Positions 1 to 11,002 of a stretch of 38,868 nucleotides of DNA are shown here, piece after piece (positions within the stretch are counted from its first letter, which is position 1; every line of letters starts with the position of its first letter). Under the pieces are notes generated by a model. That model saw nothing but the letters and a program-made list of their open reading frames with translations, was not told the DNA's origin and ran no database searches. A program made the position numbers and the translations under genes. The DNA comes from Octopus bimaculoides (taxonomy: Eukaryota), in contig NC_069002.1 of NCBI RefSeq assembly GCF_001194135.2, forward strand, positions 31,245,445-31,284,312, in the 5' to 3' direction.

Positions 1-258
1 GTACTTGCATAGCAAGTAACTTGATCTGAGATCGTAATTAATACCAAAACATTTCCAATTTCCTGTTTTGGTACATAACTCTCTAAACAATATTTCCAGA
101 AATTTTGAATTCTGATTTCTATCTTATATCAACAACTACATACTGGATTGTAATAATAGGATTAGTAGGTATTCTTCAAGAGGAAACAGCTAGGATTTAC
201 CCTACCTACTTAAGATATAGATGTATATATGTTGTATGCATAATTGAACCAAATTCAA

Positions 259-718
259 TGACTGGCACCCGTGCCAGTGAAGCGCTAACAGCACTGCCCG
301 AGCGTGATCATTGCCAGAGCAGCTTTCTGGCTTCTGTGCCAGTGGCACATAAATAGCACCGTTTGAGCGTGATCGTTACCAGCGTCGCCTTACTGGTACT
401 TGTGCCGGTGGCACATGAAAAAACATTCGAGCGAGGTCATTGCCAGTGCCGCTGAACTGGCTACTGTGCAGGTGGCATGTAAAAAACACCATTTGAGCGT
501 GGCCGTTGCCAGTACCGCCTGATTGGCCCTCGTGCCGGTGGAACATAACAGCACCCACTACACTCTCGGAGTGGTTGACGTTAGGAAGGGCATCCAGCTG
601 TAGAAACCCTGCCAGATCAGATTGGAGCCTGGTGTAGCCATCTGGTTCGCCAGTCCTCAGTCAAATCGTCCAACCCATGCTAGCATGGAAGGTGGACGTT
701 AAACGATGATGATGATGA
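259..718 (+). mobile_element. Retroposon (SINE-like, family R) with four ~65-bp internal tandem units and a (GAT)n 3' tail
   Basis: The GAGCG(T/A)G-anchored unit recurs near 300, 366, 429 and 496. It is followed by ...GGAAGGGCATCCAGCTGTAGAAAC...CCAACCCATGCTAGCATGGAA...GACGTTAAACGATGATGATGA. A clear second copy lies at 27729-28040 on the opposite strand. Confidence 0.8.
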
Positions 719-840
719 AGTTAAGTCTATGTCCGGTCATAGAGTGACCGATGGAATGCCAATGACTGAACAAACACTTAACAACATATAAATGCAACAC
801 TGATCTGCTTTAGAGTGAGCTTTTTCGGATATATGATACA

Positions 841-842
841 TT

Positions 843-890
<48 letters not shown>
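841..890. repeat. (TA)n microsatellite abutting an assembly gap (representative of many)
   Basis: Pure AT dinucleotide run directly before the N gap 891-1651. Similar runs flank the gaps at 7619, 29685 and 31289. Confidence 0.95.
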
Positions 891-1676
891 NNNNNNNNNN
901 NNNNNNNNNNNNNNNNNNNNNNNNNNNNNNNNNNNNNNNNNNNNNNNNNNNNNNNNNNNNNNNNNNNNNNNNNNNNNNNNNNNNNNNNNNNNNNNNNNNN
1001 NNNNNNNNNNNNNNNNNNNNNNNNNNNNNNNNNNNNNNNNNNNNNNNNNNNNNNNNNNNNNNNNNNNNNNNNNNNNNNNNNNNNNNNNNNNNNNNNNNNN
1101 NNNNNNNNNNNNNNNNNNNNNNNNNNNNNNNNNNNNNNNNNNNNNNNNNNNNNNNNNNNNNNNNNNNNNNNNNNNNNNNNNNNNNNNNNNNNNNNNNNNN
1201 NNNNNNNNNNNNNNNNNNNNNNNNNNNNNNNNNNNNNNNNNNNNNNNNNNNNNNNNNNNNNNNNNNNNNNNNNNNNNNNNNNNNNNNNNNNNNNNNNNNN
1301 NNNNNNNNNNNNNNNNNNNNNNNNNNNNNNNNNNNNNNNNNNNNNNNNNNNNNNNNNNNNNNNNNNNNNNNNNNNNNNNNNNNNNNNNNNNNNNNNNNNN
1401 NNNNNNNNNNNNNNNNNNNNNNNNNNNNNNNNNNNNNNNNNNNNNNNNNNNNNNNNNNNNNNNNNNNNNNNNNNNNNNNNNNNNNNNNNNNNNNNNNNNN
1501 NNNNNNNNNNNNNNNNNNNNNNNNNNNNNNNNNNNNNNNNNNNNNNNNNNNNNNNNNNNNNNNNNNNNNNNNNNNNNNNNNNNNNNNNNNNNNNNNNNNN
1601 NNNNNNNNNNNNNNNNNNNNNNNNNNNNNNNNNNNNNNNNNNNNNNNNNNNCTTACACTCTGATGGGTATTCATAC

Positions 1677-1710
<34 letters not shown>

Positions 1711-1711
<1 letters not shown>

Positions 1712-1870
1712 CAAATGGTAAATGAGTATATGCATATATACGTACAGGTATGTGCATACCGACATCCACCTGTATGTATAGGGGCATATCTGGGTACAGG
1801 ACATTGCAAACAAAACAGAGACGAGAAAACACACAAGCCACATAGAAAACATTCTACTTAGAGAACATTC
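1711..1870 (-). repeat. Dispersed repeat, same family as 12490-12650 and 8170-8250
   Basis: The reverse complement matches ...TCCTGTACCCAGATATGC...TACAGGTGGATGT.GGTATGCACATAC...GCATATA.TCATTTAC.ATTTGT, as seen at 12550-12650. Confidence 0.7.
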
Positions 1871-2204
1871 TATATATATATATACACATGATAGTGATTG
1901 CTTCGTCTTGTCATATGATAGCCATCTCACATGCAAGAAAAATGAAATGGATAATGAGACATTTGTAGTGTCATTGGATTTAAGTGACAAGAGTTTGCAC
2001 AACATCTTTGCTACTCTCTCGGTTGCCATAGTAGGTTCCAGTGACAAGCATTGCAACATGACTCCTACCATTTCAACTAAAAGATTTATATCAGAGCATC
2101 TTTCTTCTAGAAGAGCTGCCTTCCCCACAGTTTTGTGAAAAAAAACATGGAGGCAGTGGGGTGGCTCCTCTTTCCCTTGGAAATCTATTTAGCCCTTAGA
2201 TGGG

Positions 2205-2335
2205 ACCTGGACAGACACAACCATCCCAGGTTGGAACAGACCTATGAATAATGGTTATCAAAGGATGACTCCACACTCCCCACAACTGCAGAAGCGAAGC
2301 CTTGCCTCCAGATGCAGTTTGCATGAATATACACA
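2205..2335 (+). repeat. Unclassified dispersed repeat (second diverged copy at about 25035-25155)
   Basis: CCAGGTTGGAACAGACCTATGAATAATGGTTATCAAAGGATGACTCCACACTCCCCACAACT aligns by eye with CCAGGTCAGAATAGACTTGGGAACAACAATGGCTAAGAGATGATTCCACATTCCTCAAAACT. Confidence 0.5.
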
Positions 2336-2584
2336 CACACGCACTCACATCTAATTATATTATATGACAAGTGGTTCTGACATGGAACTCTACCCTCTTG
2401 AGTCTCACTTTTGTTTTTCCTGCTGGTAAAACTAAACCACAACAGCTTTGTTCAGAGACTGACTCATTCTGATAGAATGTATCACCAAATACATCCCCCC
2501 CTCTCTCTCTCTCTCTCTTCCCAAAATGTTACTGTTTTGTAAAGAAAAGATGCAGGGTGATACATAATACTCAACTCATGCAGC

Positions 2585-2845
2585 CAGTGCCAGATTTAGC
2601 ACAAATGAGGCCCTTGGAGACCCATTACATATGAGGACCCTTACTTGGCCTCTTTATGTTAAAAATAAAATAAGGTGTAAAAGTGTTCTCGTTATTAATT
2701 TCACCTTTATAAGTTTTAGGAATAACATTTGAATGTTTGACAATTGGAAAATTTATCGTAAAAAAATCTTGGGGGCAGGAAGATGAGCCCCCACCCTGGG
2801 CCCTATGCTTAAGCACTCCTAAGCACAATGGTAACTCTAGCACTG
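2585..2845. mobile_element. hAT-type MITE
   Basis: Imperfect TIRs CAGTGCCAGATTTA / TAACTCTAGCACTG. The flanking 8-mers CATGCAGC and CATTCACC match at 6/8, consistent with a decayed 8-bp TSD. Subterminal GGCCC/GGGCCC motifs are present. Confidence 0.6.
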
Positions 2846-2954
2846 CATTCACCGAAGTTTGTTCATACATTTATTTAATCATTCAAGGATATGGCTGTTA
2901 TGCGAGTCAAATACTCACACCTTCCTCATGGCCAGATACATAGGTCATTGCCTT

Positions 2955-3606
2955 AATGTCTGGCATGCTAACGATTCCTATTTCTTTACTGCCCACAAGG
3001 AGCTACACACAGAAGGGACAAACAAGGACAGACAAAGGGATTAAGTCGATTACATCGACCTCAGTGCTTAACTGGTACTTAATTTACCGACCCTGAAAGG
3101 ATGAAAGGCAAAGTTGACCTCGGTGGAATTTGAACTCAGAACGTACNNNNNNNNNNNNNNNNNNNNNNNNNNNNNNNNNNNNNNNNNNNNNNNNNNNNNN
3201 NNNNNNNNNNNNNNNNNNNNNNNNNNNNNNNNNNNNNNNNNNNNNNNNNNNNNNNNNNNNNNNNNNNNNNNNNNNNNNNNNNNNNNNNNNNNNNNNNNNN
3301 NNNNNNNNNNNNNNNNNNNNNNNNNNNNNNNNNNNNNNNNNNNNNAGCATTTCGCCCAGCGTGCTAATGTTTCTTATTTCTTTACTGCCCACAAGGGGCT
3401 AAACATAGAAGGAACAAACAAGGACAGATAAAGGGATTAAGTCGATTACATCGACCTCAGTGCTTAACTGGTACTTAATTTACCGACCCTGAAAGGATGA
3501 AAGGCAAAGTTGACCTCGGTGGAATTTGAACTCAGAACGTACCGGCAGACAAAATATCGCTAAGCATTTCGCCCGGCGTGCTAACGTTTCTGCCAACTCA
3601 CCGCCT
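2955..3606 (-). mobile_element. SINE family B, head-to-tail tandem copies spanning a gap
   Basis: Reverse complement of the intact copy at 15109-15343. The block AAGGGATTAAGTCG...CAGAACGTAC occurs on both sides of gap 3147-3345. Confidence 0.85.
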
Positions 3607-3654
3607 TGTAACAATTCTGCCAACTCACTGCCTTATTAATAAAAACAATAATGA

Positions 3655-3795
3655 TCCTTTCTACTATAGCCAAAAGGCCCGAAATTTCAGGGTCAATAAA
3701 TTAAGTACCAGTGAAACACTGGGGTTGATGTAATCGACTGGTCCCTCCCACCAAATTTCAGGCCTTATGCTTTTAGGAGAAAGGATTATTATTAC
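3655..3795 (+). mobile_element. SINE family C (B-related, with ...AAATTTCAGGCC...GAAAGG(ATT)n tail), partial
   Basis: Contains the shared GGTCAATAAATTAAGTACCAGT...CTGGGGTTGATGTAATCGAC module and ends AAATTTCAGGCCTTATGC...AGAAAGGATTATTATT. It matches 13752-13995 in the opposite orientation. Confidence 0.65.
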
Positions 3796-3799
3796 TATT

Positions 3800-4030
3800 A
3801 TTACCCTGCACGTGTAAGAAAAAGCAGGGTATTGCAGTCGCTCGTCTTTGTCTGTGTGTTTGCAAAATTACTTGAAAATGGCTGAACAGATTTTTGCCAA
3901 ATTTGGCAGAAATACTCATTGGGTGAGTGGCTTGAACTCATTAAATTTTGGCGGATGGGTGTTTTTATTTTTTGTTCTTTGTTACATCTGTATAAACGAT
4001 AAGCAGGAGAGAGAACTCCTGATGTCATTT
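3800..4030 (+). mobile_element. Probable Helentron-associated (DINE-1/HINE-like) non-autonomous element
   Basis: 5' stem-loop CCCTGC...GCAGGG, a short TCTG-type run, and a GGCTGAACAGATTTTTGCCAAATTTGG core motif resembling DINE-1-like elements. Family assignment is by resemblance only. Confidence 0.4.
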
Positions 4031-4285
4031 TGTTGAAATATGAATTCGTCTGAACCCAGAACCATGTGGTTCGTAAGCAAGCTACATACCACACAGCCAC
4101 TCCTACACCTAGTGGTATATGCCCAGAAAGAGGGAGGGTAGGGGTGACAAACTATTTTATTATTATCAGTTAAAAGGGGCCTAAAATAGAAAACAAAGGA
4201 GGTCACAATGAGATCTAAATGGGCATTAAGGGTACAGGGGGTAAAATGTATATCTAAATTTAGCAAAATTTAAATTTTATTATAT

Positions 4286-4496
4286 TACTCTTTTACTTGT
4301 TTCAGTCATTTGACTGCGGCCATGCTGGAGCACTACCTGTAGTCGAGCAAATCGACCCCAGGACTTATTCCTTTGTAAGCCTAGTACTTATTCTATCAGT
4401 CTCTTTCTGCCGAACCGCTAAGTTATGGGGTCGTAAACACACCAGCATCGGTTGTCAAGCGATGGTGGGGGGACAAACACAGACACACAAACATAT

Positions 4497-4539
<43 letters not shown>

Positions 4540-4696
4540 TACGACAGGCTTCTTTCAGTTTCCGTCTACCAAATCCACTCACAAGGCTTTGGTTGGCCCG
4601 AGGCTATAGTAGAAGACACTTGCCCAAGGTGCCACGCAGTGGGACTGAACCCAGAACCATGTGGTTGGTAAGCAAGCTACTTACCACACAGCCACT
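4286..4696 (-). mobile_element. tRNA-derived SINE family A, full length
   Basis: The reverse strand has an A-box-like TGGCTGTGTGG and a B-box-like GGTTCAGTCCC, a central (TA)n/(TG)n tract, and the tail ...CCAGCATGGCCGCAGTCAAATGACTGAAACAAGTAAAAGAG. The window has many copies. Confidence 0.92.
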
Positions 4697-4754
4697 GTGT
4701 ATAATAAATAATCAAATTTTAAAATTCAGAAAGGGATATAAGGACCAAGTAGCT

Positions 4755-5022
4755 TACAAGGAACAAGTCTTGGGGTCAATTTGCTTGACTAAAGGCGGTG
4801 CTCCAGCATGGCGAAAGTCAAATGTATATGTTTGTGAGTCACTGTTTGTTCCCCCCAAACATCACTTGACAACTGATTCTGGCGTGTTTATGTTCCCGTA
4901 ACTTAGCAGTTCAGCAAAAGAGATCAATAGAATAAGTACTAGGCTTACAAAGAATGAGTCCTGGGGTCGATTTGCTCCAGCATGGCCACAGCCAAATGAC
5001 TGAAACAAGTAAAAGAATAAAA
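4755..5022 (+). mobile_element. SINE family A 3' fragments (two partial tails)
   Basis: GGGGTCAATTTGCTTGACTAAAGGCGGTGCTCCAGCATGG and GTAACTTAGCAG...GAATAAGTACTAGGCTTACAAAG...TGACTGAAACAAGTAAAAG. Confidence 0.8.
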
Positions 5023-5659
5023 AAAAAATAATAGAATATTCCATTCTCAGATGTACACACTTATTGCAGCAGTCCTTCAGTTTTTCTAAGCCCTGGAAAA
5101 GAACTCGGAAGGCTGGGCCTCCAACCAGGCCTTTCACAACAACCATAAGGCCAGGAACTTTTCAGCCACCCCCTCGCGCATGCATGTGAGTGTGCATGCA
5201 TGTATGTGTGCACACACTTCCTCAAGTGTATATAGTTTCACAGGCACACGTGTCCATTGTGTACTCAGCACTCCTCCGTTATTCAGATAAAAAGATTTGT
5301 CAGTTGACAAACAGACAGATTAGTCATTTCTGTGTAAAGCAGGGGCAAAGAGATATCATTTATAGCTCTTGGATGATTTGTGCGGCTTATCAGGAAATAT
5401 TCTTCTTGCATGCAGATTTCAGATTGGTTGCTTTCAGGAATTAGATAAATCAATGGATTTAATCTTAGGATATTTATTGTATGCGCGTGCACACACACAC
5501 ACACACAAATATGCACATGTATTTGTGTGCACAAAGACACAAGCATGGCCTTGTAGTTGAGAGAGTCACTTTGCAACTGGATGGTTTTGAGTTCAATCCT
5601 ATGGCATGGCACTTTGTGCCAATGTCTTCTGCTTTAGACCAAGCCAGGTCAACCAATGC

Positions 5660-5780
5660 CAACAAAAGATTGTTGGTGATGACCTTCATTGATTTTCTGG
5701 GATCATCATCAATAATGTTTCGGACCTGGTGGATGAGATATGGTGTCCTGTTAGTGTCCGAATGTTTAGAATGCTTTTGT
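5660..5780 (-). pseudogene. Mariner/maT-like transposase N-terminal (HTH) fragment
   Basis: Translates to KHSKHSDTNRTPYLIHQVRNIIDDDPRKSMKVIT, similar to the RTPxxIxxVxxxIxxxPxxSxR motif of mariner/maT transposases and to the element at 37107. Confidence 0.55.
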
Positions 5781-5836
5781 TTTTGTTTTTTTTCCTCTTT
5801 GATACAGTTGAAACACACGCACACAAACAGATATAA

Positions 5837-5896
<60 letters not shown>

Positions 5897-6058
5897 GTAT
5901 AGACTCAAACATATGTATATGCACAGACAGACAACACTAACATAGGTATATACACAGATGTACACAAACACATACACATACACACACACAGAAATATTAG
6001 CATAGACAGAAACATGTGTTTTTCCAATTAATAACTATTTAACATGAAAACTTATTAA

Positions 6059-6332
6059 CCCATTATCTCCCATAATTTTATTAACTGGAATTTTTTTTAT
6101 GAAACTTTGATTTCTAGCATAAAACAGCCTTAGAAACACACTGGAAGGATCAAAATAACATTTCAAAATAACATTTTAAATAGAAATAAGCGAGATATTG
6201 AGTGAAAAATTAGCAAACCTCATTTGAATATCAGAGAAATATACCTAGTAGATATAGCAAATATTGACAGATAATTACGAAATTTTTAATTTTTAAGTGA
6301 TCTCATATATGAGATCACTGGTAGGTAATGGG
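6059..6332. mobile_element. piggyBac-type MITE (274 bp) with TTAA TSD
   Basis: TTAA|CCCATTATCT...AGGTAATGGG|TTAA, with an internal palindrome GTGATCTCATATATGAGATCAC. A highly similar second copy lies at 34020-34309. Confidence 0.88.
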
Positions 6333-6914
6333 TTAAGCAAATTATAGTTATCTTCATCAGTGTACCACTAGGTCATTGGAACACAGTACACACAAGTGCG
6401 TATGTACACATAAGTGCGTATGTACACATACACACATACACACAGCTATTACTCATTATGCACACATACACATGGCATGACACATCATAGTCATAGCTAC
6501 ATATATTTGCATACATAAACACACAAAGATACAGATATACACATACATACATATACACACACACATGCAAGCAATCACACATACACACACAAAATATAAA
6601 TTTTCCCTCCAATCATTATGAAATTCCAGTTAATTCAAAAGGAAGTTCAGAGAAAGAAGGACAGGAAGATAAAACGATGACCTGTTTCATAATTGGAAAT
6701 ATAGTAATTAACGAAAACTATAATTTAGGGTGTTGCTATCAAGACTAATTGTTTCTCTTAGTGATAACCAAAAACGCTAATTGTTTATAAAACAAGTAAA
6801 ACTAGTACTAGCAATTTCAAGTGGGCGGGGACACAGTAGTGAGTACCATCAACTGCAGTACCTGAGTGGTACTTTAGATTATCGACCCCACCTCCCCAAT
6901 TGAGTAAATATAAA

Positions 6915-7185
6915 ATGGAGGCGTGTAGCTTAGTGGTTAGGGTGTTAGACTCACAATCCTAAGAATGTGGTTTCAATTCCTAGACTAGGCAATGCATTGT
7001 GTTCTTGAGCAAGACACTTCATTTCACATTGCTCCAGTGTAGAAATGAGTACCACTAGTGGAAGTAGGTCACTTAGTGGATAGGGTGCTGGAGTCACAAT
7101 TGTAAGTTTGTGGTTTCAATCCCTGGACTGGGTGATGTGTTCTTGAACAAAACATTTCAGTCCGCTCACCTGTAGAAATGAGTTT
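6915..7185 (+). mobile_element. Two tandem tRNA-derived SINE heads (family D)
   Basis: TAGCTTAGTGGTTAGGG (A box) and GGTTTCAATTCC (B box), followed by TGTGTTCTTGAGCAAGACACTT...TGTAGAAATGAGT. The pattern repeats at 7058-7183. Confidence 0.7.
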
Positions 7186-7580
7186 AGCCTGGAAAAGGAT
7201 GGGCTCCACTAGGCTTTTTTTTGCTGCAGTACCCCAACTACCTCCAAGGGGTTAAGGGACTTGTCACTGTCAAAGTTGATGTTGGTAGGATTTGAACTGA
7301 GTGTGTACAGACCCACAACTTCGATGCAATAAGTCGTTGCATCTGACACCAAATTGAGATGGTTGTGAAGAAGAACAAAAGAACTTTGATAGACAAACAA
7401 TCAATTGTTTAACCAACACCTTAAATAAATATTTAGTTAGTTGGTTGGTTAGATGTTTAACTGATTCACTGATAAAGGAGTGGAACTGAACCAGTGTGTG
7501 TATTAATATAATAATATTAGCATAATGACTCTCCCTAGACACAACAAAACATACACTCACATATACAACCTCTGCTCTTT

Positions 7581-7618
<38 letters not shown>

Positions 7619-7757
7619 NNNNNNNNNNNNNNNNNNNNNNNNNNNNNNNNNNNNNNNNNNNNNNNNNNNNNNNNNNNNNNNNNNNNNNNNNNNNNNNNNN
7701 NNNNNNNNNNNNNNNNNNNNNNNNNNNNNNNNNNNNNNNNNNNNNNNNNNNNNNNNN

Positions 7758-7794
<37 letters not shown>

Positions 7795-7797
<3 letters not shown>

Positions 7798-8260
7798 AAT
7801 GGGAGAATTTACGAAAAAAACAACAGACGAAGACAGGTGGTGTAAACAACAAATGAATGTATTAGTTTAACGCTCGGGAATAGAGAAAGTCTTTGACATT
7901 TCAAGCCTACGCTCTTCCACAGAAAAGAACACAGAAAGAAATAAGGAGAGAAGCAAGGAGAAAAAAATATAAATGTAGTGGTCAGCGATCTATCAAGTCG
8001 CGTATTGTCCTTCCCTTCGAAACGTGGAGGAGATGGAGCAGGGACAACTGAAGAAGGGTAATATTCTTTATGTTGCATGTCTCGTTTCTCTTTGTTTTTT
8101 TCGTTGTTCGAAAAAGTTCGTTTTCTGTTTACGTTTTTATGTTTTCGTTTCTTATTGTGTTTAACGTTTATTTTTGGGATGTCCTGTACCCATATATGCA
8201 TATAGATGTTGGTATGTACATATATGTATGGATACATGCATATATTTATATATTATTTAT
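7795..8260. mobile_element. Composite non-autonomous element with Penelope-like terminal motifs
   Basis: Contains a degenerate hammerhead-like motif on the minus strand (7891-7926). Its 3' part is homologous to 12440-12650 and 1711-1870. Confidence 0.45.
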
Positions 8261-8267
8261 GTTATTA

Positions 8268-8446
8268 TACTCTTACTTGTTTCAGTCATTTGACTGCGGC
8301 CATGCTGGAGCACCGCCGTTAGTCGAGCAAATCGACCCTGGGACTTATTCTTTGTAAGCCTTGTACTTATTCTATTGGTCTCTTTTGTCGAACCACTAAG
8401 TAACAGGGACATAAACACACCAGCAATGCTAGGGGGACAAACACAG

Positions 8447-8495
<49 letters not shown>

Positions 8496-8507
8496 TACGA
8501 CAGGCTC
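8268..8507 (-). mobile_element. SINE family A, 3' half
   Basis: Reverse complement of the family A tail up to the internal (TA)n tract. Confidence 0.88.
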
Positions 8508-10244
8508 CCAGAAAATAAAAAGTTACGAGTGGTTATAGGGGGTACGTAAAGCAGAATTCCACCAATATTTCATTTGTTTACAGTTGACAACACGTGTTGT
8601 CATGCACAAAATGATAGCTTCCAAATCCTGCTTTCTAACTGGGTAAAAATTATTAAACTTTAAACCTCTATAACTATTTTTTNNNNNNNNNNNNNNNNNN
8701 NNNNNNNNNNNNNNNNNNNNNNNNNNNNNNNNNNNNNNNNNNNNNNNNNNNNNNNNNNNNNNNNNNNNNNNNNNNNNNNNNNNNNNNNNNNNNNNNNNNN
8801 NNNNNNNNNNNNNNNNNNNNNNNNNNNNNNNNNNNNNNNNNNNNNNNNNNNNNNNNNNNNNNNNNNNNNNNNNNNNNNNNNNNNNNNNNNNNNNNNNNNN
8901 NNNNNNNNNNNNNNNNNNNNNNNNNNNNNNNNNNNNNNNNNNNNNNNNNNNNNNNNNNNNNNNNNNNNNNNNNNNNNNNNNNNNNNNNNNNNNNNNNNNN
9001 NNNNNNNNNNNNNNNNNNNNNNNNNNNNNNNNNNNNNNNNNNNNNNNNNNNNNNNNNNNNNNNNNNNNNNNNNNNNNNNNNNNNNNNNNNNNNNNNNNNT
9101 ACGAGTTGATAACCAGTTAATTCGTTTAAATCCCTGTAACATAGTGGTTCGGCAAAATACACCGATAGAATAAGTATAAGACTTTAAAATCTAAAAAAAA
9201 AAAAAAGGTTTGGTGTTGATTCAGTCAAAATAAAAAATTTCTTCGAGACAGTGCCCCAGCATGGCCACAGTGCAATGAATGAAATGAGTAAAAAATAAAA
9301 GAATGTGTCATAAGGCTATCTTTTAGTGCCTCGCCAATGGGACGCTGTGAATTGTAAAAACAAAAGTTGATGAGAACACGGTTTTATACAATGACGAACA
9401 AATGTGAATGAATGCAAGAAAGATTGAGTATGTGAATGTGTGTGTGTGTAGGCGCATGTATGAATGCATATGTATGTGTATGTAATGGTGATGTGATGTG
9501 AGAGAGAGAGAGAGAGAGAGGAGGAGGCAGGGAGTAAATAGAATGTGTTAGTTAAGATCAGTAAGTATGCACCTATAACAGGAGAGGAGGAGGCATGACG
9601 AAAAGTAGGATTAAATGGGAAGCAGACGGAGGAGGGGGAGTGAGACGGAGACAGATGAAAGGATGTCATATTTTTTATAATGACCCGACTACTGACGAGA
9701 AAGAGAGACATAGACAAGCAAAGAAAGAGAAAGACACAGACAAAGAAAGAGGGAGACTGATAGACAGAACGAGAGACAGCGAGGACAGTGTACATGAGAG
9801 AACACAAGCATGTATACAATAACAGGGGAGAGGCAGTAAGACTGAATTAGATAGATAGATAGGTAGATAGATGATACGTCATTTATAGTGACCTTACAAC
9901 AGAGGAGGAGGAGGAGGAAGAGAGAGAGAGAGTGGACGAAACAGAGGTGTCAAGTTGCAAAGGTTAGCTTTAAAAACCGACCATTAAATAACTAAATTGC
10001 CAGATATCAGTGTTTCAGAATGGACAAATTAGAGGTGACCAAAACTAGCAGGTGGGGAGAGGGGAAAGGAGAAAATTAATGGTGGACCGAACTTGAGGGT
10101 GGAAGGTTCGAGTTAGCAGTGGTTAAAAAAAAAAAAAAATTTAATACACAGATAAAAATATTTATGTCACACACACACAGACACACACACACACACACAC
10201 ACACACANNNNNNNNNNNNNNNNNNNNNNNNNNNNNNNNNNNNN

Positions 10245-10284
<40 letters not shown>

Positions 10285-10287
<3 letters not shown>

Positions 10288-10655
10288 AGTGACTGTGTGG
10301 TAAGAAGCTTGCTTCCCAACCACATGGTTCCCGGTTCAGTCCCACTGCGTGGAACCTTGGGCAAGTGTCTACTATAGCCTCGGGCCGACCAAAGCCTTGT
10401 GAGTGGATTTGGTAGATGGAAACTGAAAGAAGCCCATCGTATATATGTATATATATTTGTGTGTGTGTGTCCCCCTAGCATTGCTTGACAACAGATGCTG
10501 GTGTGTTTACGTCCCCGTAACTTAGCGGTTCGGCAAAAAGAGACCGATAGAATAAGTACTAGGCTTACAAAGAATAAGTCCTGGGGTCGATTTTCTCAAC
10601 TAAAGGCAGTGCTCCAGCATGGCCACAGTCAAATGACTGAAACAAGTAAAAGAGT
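10285..10655 (+). mobile_element. SINE family A, full length
   Basis: AGGAGTGACTGTGTGG...GGTTCAGTCCC...GAAACTGAAAGAAGCCC...(TA)...TGACTGAAACAAGTAAAAGAGT. Confidence 0.92.
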
Positions 10656-10763
10656 AAAGAGAGATATTCTGTGGAATTTATAATCAGCACCAATTTTTGT
10701 GATGTTTCATATAAAGATGTCAGATGTAAAGAGACAATGTAATCGAAGACAAAAGTGGGTAAT

Positions 10764-10811
10764 AAGTGTATATACCATATTTCGGGAATTATTGCTCCTT
10801 CATCAGTACTC
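10764..10811 (-). ncRNA. Type I hammerhead ribozyme motif (partly decayed)
   Basis: GAGUA-CUGAUGA-A-GGAG CAAUAAUU CCC-GAA-AUAU GGU AUAU-A|CACUU. Stem III is 4 bp with an AUA cleavage triplet. Stems I and II carry mismatches. Confidence 0.65.
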
Positions 10812-10953
10812 ATCTAACTCACGGTTGCCTCCTAACACATTGCTTATACAGCCACTGCATACAGCAGTGTTAAGTTATTGGATATAACAATTTACATATT
10901 AGACACACTCCTGGGGGCTGGTATATAAATGTTATGTAAATGTTAGGTTAGAG

Positions 10954-11002
10954 GAGTGCTGAAGAAGGGGCAACAATTCCCCGAAATATGGCAAATACGC
11001 TC
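10954..11002 (+). ncRNA. Type I hammerhead ribozyme motif
   Basis: GAGUG-CUGAAGA-A-GGGG CAACAAUU CCCC-GAA-AUAU GGC AAAU-A|CGCUC. Stem I is 5 bp (one U-G), stem II is 4 G-C pairs, and stem III has one mismatch. Confidence 0.75.

Noticed and set aside
259-560. Regular ~65-bp periodicity superficially like a CRISPR array
   Set aside because: The context is eukaryotic, whole units are similar with no unique spacers, and the array lies inside a dispersed retroposon.
1880-2140. Open frames on both strands in unique-looking sequence
   Set aside because: No recognisable motif and no convincing splice boundaries. It could be a decayed TE.
6915-7000. tRNA-like sequences, also SINE A and B heads
   Set aside because: A/B boxes are present but there is no complete cloverleaf or acceptor stem, and they continue into SINE bodies. 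They are not tRNA genes.
7315-7356. Hairpin GATGCAA...TTGCATC next to a GAA, resembling hammerhead stem II
   Set aside because: There is no CUGANGA core on either strand.
8015-8060. CGAAACGU...CUGAAGAAGGG in permuted (type II-like) hammerhead order
   Set aside because: Position 17 would be G and no stem I can form between the motifs. It is not supportable as a ribozyme.
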